35,933 nucleotides of DNA, taken from contig WJKC01000005.1 in assembly GCA_014729335.1 (NCBI GenBank), forward strand, positions 1 through 35,933, written 5' to 3'. Positions within the stretch are counted from its first letter, which is position 1. Each line of letters opens with the position of its first letter. The stretch comes from an archaeon. GTDB taxonomy: Archaea > Nanobdellota > Nanobdellia > WJKC01. The notes below the pieces were generated by a model. The model had not been told where the DNA came from. It was given only the letters and a program-made list of their open reading frames with translations, and did no database searches. Position numbers and translations under genes: made by a program. Positions 27,801 through 33,478 of this stretch are shown one piece after another.

Positions 27801-28417
27801 TTAAATTACTTAAAAAATTTAAGAAATACAACAGGGATAAGGTTAGTTTAAAGGATTTCTACGAGATTGAGGCAACGCTTCCAGGATTCATTAAGAACTT
27901 CAGCCTGTACTTTGGCAGGGACAAATTAAAGAAGATACTATCACTGGTTAAGCTGAAAAAGGATTCATTAATACTTGACCTCGGGTGCGGCACTGGCTAC
28001 CTTACCCGGATGCTGCGGGAGAAGAATTACAAGGTTATTGGAATAGACATCTCAGAGAAGAGGATTAAAGAAGCTGGCAAGGATTTCCTAGTGGGTGACG
28101 CTTCAAAACCGCCTTTCAAGGATAAGGTTTTTGACTGCGTCATTGCCTCAGACGTTATTGAACACCTGCCAGATGATTTAAATAATATCATTAAAAGGTT
28201 AAAAAAACTAGTTAAGAAAAAGGGGAAGATGATAATATCAGTGCCCTATGGGATAGGGAATAATGACAAAGGACACATACATAGACTAAGCATCCCTGAA
28301 TGGGAATCCCTGTTCAAGAATAACAACCTAGAGATTAAAGCCAAGAAAGCAGCTAATTACTCATTATTCAACATTAAGTTACCAATAAAAATGAATCACG
28401 TGTACTTATTAAAATGA
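27797..28417 (+). CDS. Class I SAM-dependent methyltransferase
   Basis: ILDLGCGTG, IGIDIS, FD.V...DVIEHL, SVP. Confidence 0.92.
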   Translation: MIKLLKKFKKYNRDKVSLKDFYEIEATLPGFIKNFSLYFGRDKLKKILSLVKLKKDSLILDLGCGTGYLTRMLREKNYKVIGIDISEKRIKEAGKDFLVGDASKPPFKDKVFDCVIASDVIEHLPDDLNNIIKRLKKLVKKKGKMIISVPYGIGNNDKGHIHRLSIPEWESLFKNNNLEIKAKKAANYSLFNIKLPIKMNHVYLLK

Positions 28418-29007
28418 CATCACTACTTTACAAGTCGCCGAGACTCTACCACGCAATAATAAAATTAATCTATGGCAAGGATTTCAACAATCGTTATAAA
28501 GAAATAGCTAAGATAATCGGGAAGAACAAAAAAGTCCTTGACTTAGGGTGCGGTACTGGCGAGCTAAAAAAACACCTGGACGAGTCATGCACTTACGAGG
28601 GGTGGGACTTAAACCAGAAGTTCATCAAAGCAGGCAAAGAGAAAGGATTAAATGTTAAGCTAAAGAACATTTTCAACTTCAAAAAATACCCTGAGAGCGA
28701 CGTCATAGTAATATCTGACTTATTGCACCACGTGATACCAAGGCACATGGAGTTAATAAGAAAAGCTAAGAAAAACACGAAGAAATTAGTGATAATGGAG
28801 CCGTTCGTCACAATCAACCGTGATTCAAGGATTATGAGGTGGCTGTCAAAGCTATGGGACAGCACCCTGGGGGATAATGACGGGATAAACAGTTTTGAAC
28901 AAAGGTCCAAGTGGTTCAGGACCAAAGAAGAAGTCCACGAGTTCTTCAAGAGCTTAAACCCTGAATTAATCAAGGAAGTGGGCCCGGAATACCTAGTTGT
29001 ATTATAA
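28414..29007 (+). CDS. Class I SAM-dependent methyltransferase
   Basis: VLDLGCGTG, YEGWD, DLLHH, MEP. Confidence 0.9.
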   Translation: MTSLLYKSPRLYHAIIKLIYGKDFNNRYKEIAKIIGKNKKVLDLGCGTGELKKHLDESCTYEGWDLNQKFIKAGKEKGLNVKLKNIFNFKKYPESDVIVISDLLHHVIPRHMELIRKAKKNTKKLVIMEPFVTINRDSRIMRWLSKLWDSTLGDNDGINSFEQRSKWFRTKEEVHEFFKSLNPELIKEVGPEYLVVL

Positions 29008-29014
29008 AATAATA

Positions 29015-29030
29015 AAAGAAATGCTTAAAA
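29015..29030 (+). promoter_or_regulatory. BRE/TATA promoter of the tRNA-Ile locus
   Basis: AAAGAAATGCTTAAAA, identical to 30799-30814 upstream of tRNA-Glu. Confidence 0.7.
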
Positions 29031-29092
29031 GATGATTCATACTTTGAAACTCTTATTGAGCCTGGCAGCGTAAAGCAAAAGGCTCATGAAAT

Positions 29093-29189
29093 GAGCCTGT
29101 AGCTCAGCTTGGTTAGAGCGCTGGTCTTATATGACCGTGTTCCAATCTAGGGAAACCAGAGGTCCCGAGTTCAAATCTCGGCAGGCTCA
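29093..29189 (+). tRNA. tRNA-Ile(TAT) with 22-nt canonical 37/38 intron (29132-29153)
   Basis: Acceptor GAGCCTG/CAGGCTC-A; anticodon stem CTGGT/ACCAG, loop CT-TAT-A|A; bulge-helix-bulge with CTTA/TAGG central helix and bulges TA|T and GA|A; T arm CCGAG-TTCAAAT-CTCGG. Confidence 0.92.
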
Positions 29190-29200
29190 TAAAGAAAGGA

Positions 29201-29247
29201 TTGAGCTTGCTGATTTAACACTTTAGTGTTATTATCGGCAGGCTTAA
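29201..29247 (+). repeat. tRNA-trailer hairpin whose 3' arm copies the tRNA-Ile 3' end
   Basis: TTGAGCTTGCTGAT-T-TAACACT-TT-AGTGTTA-TT-ATCGGCAGGCTTAA; TCGGCAGGCT at 29178-29187 repeated at 29235-29244. Confidence 0.85.
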
Positions 29248-29272
29248 TTTATTTAATTATTAGTGTAAAGTC

Positions 29273-30007
29273 ATGAAAATCTCAGAGCACAACAAGGAAT
29301 TATATGAAAGAGAATTCTATAACTACAAAACCTATCACAAGGTTCATGGAGATAAAATAAAGAAGATGATAAGGCTGGTTAGCAGCAGTCCAAAAAAGAT
29401 TCTTGATATTGGCTGCGGTGACGGCTGGACTGGCAAGTTACTGAAGGATGAGTATAAAGCAGAGGTTCACGGGGTTGACATTGCAGAGAAAGCACTAAAG
29501 AGTGCTAAGAAGAAAGGACTTAAAACCAAGAAGTTCGACCTAGCTAAGAGCAAATGGCCCTACAAGGATGACTACTTTGACCTAATAATCGCCGGCGACA
29601 TCATTGAACACGTTTATGACACAGAGAACTTCGTAAAGGAGTGCCACAGGATACTCAAGAAAGGAGGGGAGTTGATAATCTCCACCCCTAATATTAACTC
29701 CTACCAGAACAGGTTCCTGGTATTAATAGGGAAAATGCCTTTATGGATTGACTACGCCCCAAACCTAAAATCATACAAACACTATAAAACAACTGGCCAC
29801 GTCAGGGTTTTTAACAAGAAAACACTAACAAGACTATTGGAAACATACGGTTTCAAAGTTGATAAACTAACAGGGGCGGGGTTAGTAGGCGACGCTGAAC
29901 TAATGAACCTTCCTAAAACAGTAGTAAAGATTGGTAACAAGATTGAAAAATTCTTATCACACTTCACCAGCATTGCCTCATTATTAATAATTAAGGTGGT
30001 TAAGTGA
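29273..30007 (+). CDS. Class I SAM-dependent methyltransferase
   Basis: ILDIGCGDG, GVDI, FDLII.GDIIEHV, RILK.GG.LIISTPN, GHVR.F. Confidence 0.93.
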   Translation: MKISEHNKELYEREFYNYKTYHKVHGDKIKKMIRLVSSSPKKILDIGCGDGWTGKLLKDEYKAEVHGVDIAEKALKSAKKKGLKTKKFDLAKSKWPYKDDYFDLIIAGDIIEHVYDTENFVKECHRILKKGGELIISTPNINSYQNRFLVLIGKMPLWIDYAPNLKSYKHYKTTGHVRVFNKKTLTRLLETYGFKVDKLTGAGLVGDAELMNLPKTVVKIGNKIEKFLSHFTSIASLLIIKVVK

Positions 30008-30786
30008 ATAAGTACTTAGAACTAATGAGGCCGAGGCACTTAGTGGGCTGCGCTCTTATATTCTTAATGGGGGCTGCCTTGTTCTGGCGCGTTAACAACT
30101 ACCTTAACAGCAACTTAATACTAGGCTTAATCGCTTTCTTACTAACTTACTCATCAGTATACATCTATAATAATTTAATGGATATAGAGTATGATAAGAA
30201 GCACTATGTTAAATGGAAGAAGGAGAGACCGCTGCCTAAAGGATTGATTAGTGAGTCAACTGCCAAGCGAGTGATTATAACTAACCTAGTTATTGGTTTA
30301 ACTATTAGTTTCTTCATTAACTACGCCACGTTCATGGTTAATCTCGGGTTATTCACACTTAACTTTATTTACTCAGCCTTCAGGTTGAAAAATAATCCGA
30401 AGATAGGTAACATATTTATAATCAGCTCCCAGTTCCTGAAAATACTAAACGGGTGGGTGGTTAACTCAGCCAGCATTAACGGGCTGCCATTAACCATTCC
30501 ATTACTATACGCCTGCATTTACGGGTTACTAATATCAATCTACAAAAAAAAGTTCTTCAAGAGCAGAGGTCAGAAAAGAAAGTACATGCTAGTACTAGGA
30601 TTAATCACTCTGTCACTAATACCCGCCTCCATGATTATATACCCAACCACGACGGGGTTTATAAACAAAGTAATAATCCTATTAGTGATTGGAGCAGTCC
30701 CATTAAAAGTTTTCAGCAAGGATGTTAACAAATACTTCAATAAGGGTTTAAAAGTTAACTTAATTGTTAACTCAATAGTATTCTAA
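30004..30786 (+). CDS. UbiA prenyltransferase family membrane protein (resembles decaprenyl-phosphate phosphoribosyltransferase type)
   Basis: LMRP, Y.YNNLMDIEYDKKH..K...RPLPKG.IS, YS..RLK; multiple TM helices; GTG start overlapping the upstream stop. Confidence 0.85.
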   Translation: MNKYLELMRPRHLVGCALIFLMGAALFWRVNNYLNSNLILGLIAFLLTYSSVYIYNNLMDIEYDKKHYVKWKKERPLPKGLISESTAKRVIITNLVIGLTISFFINYATFMVNLGLFTLNFIYSAFRLKNNPKIGNIFIISSQFLKILNGWVVNSASINGLPLTIPLLYACIYGLLISIYKKKFFKSRGQKRKYMLVLGLITLSLIPASMIIYPTTTGFINKVIILLVIGAVPLKVFSKDVNKYFNKGLKVNLIVNSIVF

Positions 30787-30798
30787 GCATTGTTATAT

Positions 30799-30814
30799 AA
30801 AGAAATGCTTAAAA
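30799..30814 (+). promoter_or_regulatory. BRE/TATA promoter of tRNA-Glu
   Basis: AAAGAAATGCTTAAAA; CTTAAAAA begins 35 nt before the tRNA 5' end. Confidence 0.7.
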
Positions 30815-30842
30815 AGGGAAGTAAGTTTTTATTCCAATAATT

Positions 30843-30917
30843 GCTCCTGTAGTCTAGCCTGGTCAAGGACACTGGCCTTTCAAGCCAGTAACCCGGGTTC
30901 AAATCCCGGCAGGAGCA
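30843..30917 (+). tRNA. tRNA-Glu(TTC), CCA not encoded
   Basis: Acceptor GCTCCTG/CAGGAGC-A, anticodon arm CTGGC-CTTTCAA-GCCAG, T arm CCGGG-TTCAAAT-CCCGG. Confidence 0.96.
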
Positions 30918-30937
30918 GCTTACATTCACTTCACTGG

Positions 30938-30988
30938 TTGCGACTGACGGTTCAAAAATCAATAGATTTTTGTTACCGGCAGGAGCAG
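30938..30988 (+). repeat. tRNA-trailer hairpin whose 3' arm copies the tRNA-Glu 3' end
   Basis: TTGCGACTGACGGT-T-CAAAAATC-AATA-GATTTTTG-TT-ACCGGCAGGAGCAG; CCGGCAGGAGCAG at 30906-30918 repeated at 30976-30988. Confidence 0.88.
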
Positions 30989-31037
30989 ACCCTCTTTCTT
31001 TTAGAAAAAGAAAAAGTCTTCTAAGCCAAAAAGAAAA

Positions 31038-31124
31038 CCACTACGCTCGAAATATACACCCAAACTGCAAAATGACGACTCTACACGCAGTGTAGTTGTC
31101 AGCAGGAGTAAAGCGAGCCAGTGG
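31038..31124 (+). repeat. Second, more degenerate trailer element with nested inverted repeats
   Basis: Outer CCACT..GCTCG / CGAGC.AGTGG; inner TGAC..T-CTACAC-GCA-GTGTAG-TT-G-TCAGCAGGAGTA (9/12 to tRNA-Glu 3' end, all differences transitions). Confidence 0.65.
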
Positions 31125-31162
31125 CATTAAGTTTTTAAAGCAGCCTATTAATTAAGAGATTA

Positions 31163-31831
31163 ATGAGTAATAGTATAAAAAAGGATTTCACAATAGTTGT
31201 TGGTTTAATAATCACTCTGCCACTGCCTTTTATTGGTTTCATGTTATGGGTTTACTCAGAGTTACTAAGCGGTTTATGGTTCTACTTATTTCTTCCATTA
31301 ATGCTAATGACCTGCTTCTTCACTTACCTGGTGTCAATTATTGGCTTATCAATCTTTTACTATAAACTGCAGGAGCCGTTAAAGGAGGGTGTTTTCAGCA
31401 CTGACTCTAAGGAGATGAAGTCATGGATAGCTTCACAATTAGTGCTAAACATCATAGCTTTCTTCCGCAACCTGAGGATACCGCCGCCAGCCATAAGAAG
31501 GCTTTACTGCAACACTTTCAGAACCCGCTTTGGCAACATATTAGTGCACGCAGGGTTTGTGGAGCACTCGTTAGTTGATGTAGGTGATAACGTTGTCATA
31601 GGCAACAACTCAGAAATATGGGGTCACATGATAAAAGGGGATGAGATAATCATCAAAAAAGTCAGGATAGGTAACAACGTGACTATCGGCGCTAAGTCCC
31701 TAGTGATGCCTGGAGTAGAGATTGGCAACGGGACAATAGTTGGGGCGTGCTCACTAGTGCCAAAAAACAAGAAACTAGAACCAAACTCTCTATACCTTGG
31801 TATTCCTGTAAGGAAAGTTAAGGATTTATAA
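31163..31831 (+). CDS. Membrane-anchored hexapeptide-repeat (left-handed beta-helix) acyltransferase
   Basis: Two N-terminal TM helices; VGDNVVIG...VRIGNNVTIGAKSLVMPGVEIGNGTIVGACSLV...YLGIP. Confidence 0.88.
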   Translation: MSNSIKKDFTIVVGLIITLPLPFIGFMLWVYSELLSGLWFYLFLPLMLMTCFFTYLVSIIGLSIFYYKLQEPLKEGVFSTDSKEMKSWIASQLVLNIIAFFRNLRIPPPAIRRLYCNTFRTRFGNILVHAGFVEHSLVDVGDNVVIGNNSEIWGHMIKGDEIIIKKVRIGNNVTIGAKSLVMPGVEIGNGTIVGACSLVPKNKKLEPNSLYLGIPVRKVKDL

Positions 31832-31889
31832 CCCTAATGTTTAAAAAGGAGGCGTAACTTTGTTCTCAATATGCGATTAGAATACCTGG

Positions 31890-32012
31890 GTGGGAACCCC
31901 TAAAAAGAAGCACAGCAGCAGGAAGTGGAAAAAGAAACACTCCTGTCGCCACAGCACTAAAAAGAACAGAATGAAGAAACGTAAGAGAAAGCGCAAGCTC
32001 AAAAAAGGATAA
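31890..32012 (+). CDS. rpl41e: Small basic protein, archaeal eL41/eS32-like ribosomal protein (below ORF-track cutoff)
   Basis: GTG start; MGTPKKKHSSRKWKKKHSCRHSTKKNRMKKRKRKRKLKKG*; SSRKWKKK..R....K.R.KK.KRKR pattern; own TATA-like TTTAAAAA near 31840. Confidence 0.65.
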   Translation: MGTPKKKHSSRKWKKKHSCRHSTKKNRMKKRKRKRKLKKG

Positions 32013-32028
32013 AAGATAAAACTTACTT

Positions 32029-32673
32029 ATGAAAATTGACTTCCACGTTCATACTGGTTACTCAATATGCTCTAATATGAAACCAGCAGAGGCGGTCAGA
32101 GCAGCTGAGCAGGCGGGCCTAGACGCTATTGCATTAATCAATCATGACCTTAAACCAGTCAAGTTCAAAGGCAGCAAGAAAGTAAAGGTTATTCATGGGG
32201 TTGAGGTAACAACTAAGGAGGGACACCTGCTAGTAATTAACACAAACAAGTCGTTCCCTAAAAAGACACCAGCCCAGGAAGTGATTAATAATGTTGAAAA
32301 AGACGCCCTGGTGATAATACCACACCCCTTTGACTTATTCAGAAAGGGTTTAAGTAAAAAATTAAAGAGCCTAACCAGCTACCACGCGGTTGAGGTTAAC
32401 GGCCGGTGCCTGCTGCCATCATTCAATGATAAAGCAAGAGCCTTTGCCAAGGAAAAAGGCAAGCCATTAACTGGCGGCAGCGACGCCCACTTCACAGGCG
32501 AGGTGGGTAATGCTTACACAATAGTTAACGCGAGAAGCATTAAAGGAGCAATCAAGAAAGTAAAACAAGGCAAGACCAAGGTGTTCATCAGGGAAAGACC
32601 AGTCACTAATAGGTTAAAATACTTCTTCAAAAGCATTGGCTTAGAAGCAGCAAGTTTTTTAAGGCAATCATAA
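32029..32673 (+). CDS. PHP-domain metal-dependent phosphoesterase
   Basis: IDFHVHT, AIALINHD, GVEV...GHLL, HPF, GGSDAH. Confidence 0.92.
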   Translation: MKIDFHVHTGYSICSNMKPAEAVRAAEQAGLDAIALINHDLKPVKFKGSKKVKVIHGVEVTTKEGHLLVINTNKSFPKKTPAQEVINNVEKDALVIIPHPFDLFRKGLSKKLKSLTSYHAVEVNGRCLLPSFNDKARAFAKEKGKPLTGGSDAHFTGEVGNAYTIVNARSIKGAIKKVKQGKTKVFIRERPVTNRLKYFFKSIGLEAASFLRQS

Positions 32674-32688
32674 CTTTCTAAATTAAAC

Positions 32689-32774
32689 GTAGGGATGACG
32701 GAGTCTGGTCAAACGTGCTGGGTTAAGGACCCAGTGGCTTAGTGCCTACGGGGGTTCGAATCCCTCTCCCTACA
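32689..32774 (+). tRNA. tRNA-Leu with AAG anticodon (32725-32727), long variable arm, CCA not encoded
   Basis: Acceptor GTAGGGA/TCCCTAC-A; anticodon arm CTGGG-TTAAGGA-CCCAG (U33, AAG, G37); variable arm GGC-TTAGT-GCC; T arm GGGGG-TTCGAAT-CCCTC. Confidence 0.92.
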
Positions 32775-32775
32775 A

Positions 32776-32829
32776 TAATTAAGGAGAGGTTCAGAAATGC
32801 CTGATTTCTGTTAATCTCTCCCTACATTA
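32776..32829 (+). repeat. tRNA-trailer hairpin whose 3' arm copies the tRNA-Leu 3' end
   Basis: AAGGAGAGGT-T-CAGAAAT-GCCTG-ATTTCTG-TT-AATCTCTCCCTACA; CTCTCCCTACA at 32764-32774 repeated at 32816-32826. Confidence 0.88.
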
Positions 32830-32851
32830 ACTAAAATCTTTAGAGCCTGGA

Positions 32852-33085
32852 TTAAATAACTCCAACAGAGCGGAACAGGAAGAAAAATACTATGCCAATA
32901 ATAATAAAGCCAATAACCCCTATAATAACTGCTAGTTTCTTGTTCTCAAGAACGGACTTCTTAGCAGGCGGCTTTTGTTGAGCCTGAGCTGGCTGCTGGA
33001 ACTCCCTAGCTTGGCTCTGCGCCCGCTCCTCAGGCAACTGCTCAAGAGTCTTGAATGACCGGTGGCTTGGTTGCTGCTGCTCCAT
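32852..33085 (-). CDS. Small tail-anchored membrane protein
   Basis: Gln/Pro-rich disordered N-terminus, KK then a single C-terminal TM helix. Confidence 0.65.
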   Translation of the reverse strand: MEQQQPSHRSFKTLEQLPEERAQSQAREFQQPAQAQQKPPAKKSVLENKKLAVIIGVIGFIIIGIVFFFLFRSVGVI

Positions 33086-33121
33086 AAAGATATAAGTAAT
33101 AAAAACACGTATTAAAACTTA

Positions 33122-33478
33122 ATGCAATCATTAAAGGATTTCAAAAAAGACAATGAAAAAAACATGCTAAGACTATTGTTAATAAAATGGTTATGTGATG
33201 ATAATAAATGGGCAGCTAATTACATGCACGTGCTGAGCAACTTAATAGGCAGTGACTTCACAACAAAGGACCTGCCGTTCAAAAGCAGCCGCTCATACGA
33301 ACTAGCTAAAGAATGGACTGGTAAAGGATTAATCAGGGTTATTGACTACACAAGCAAGGCAAGGAAATACGCTTTCAACACCACCCTGTTCGCCAAGTCA
33401 ATAGAGAACAAAGAAGTAAGCAGGGAAGTAAAAGATGATTTGTTAAACAAACTAGATGAATTACTGCTTCCAGACTAA
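33122..33478 (+). CDS. Hypothetical protein, possible winged-helix DNA-binding protein
   Basis: FTTKDL..KSSRSYELAKEWTGKGLIRVI......RKYAF resembles helix-turn-helix plus wing. Confidence 0.5.
   Translation: MQSLKDFKKDNEKNMLRLLLIKWLCDDNKWAANYMHVLSNLIGSDFTTKDLPFKSSRSYELAKEWTGKGLIRVIDYTSKARKYAFNTTLFAKSIENKEVSREVKDDLLNKLDELLLPD

Noticed and set aside
20628..29092. Intact provirus or integrative element between tRNAs
   Set aside because: No integrase, capsid, packaging or replication genes, and no distal att copy of tRNA-Asn seen in the window.
32689..32774. Reading the tRNA-Leu anticodon as TAA
   Set aside because: The 5-bp stem fixes a 7-nt loop TTAAGGA whose central triplet is AAG; TAA would be off-centre.
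29201..32829. Trailer hairpins as classical integron attC sites or simple terminators
   Set aside because: They lack paired RYYYAAC/GTTRRRY ends and no integron integrase is present. There are no long U tracts after the stems, and a terminator would not need to copy the cognate tRNA end.
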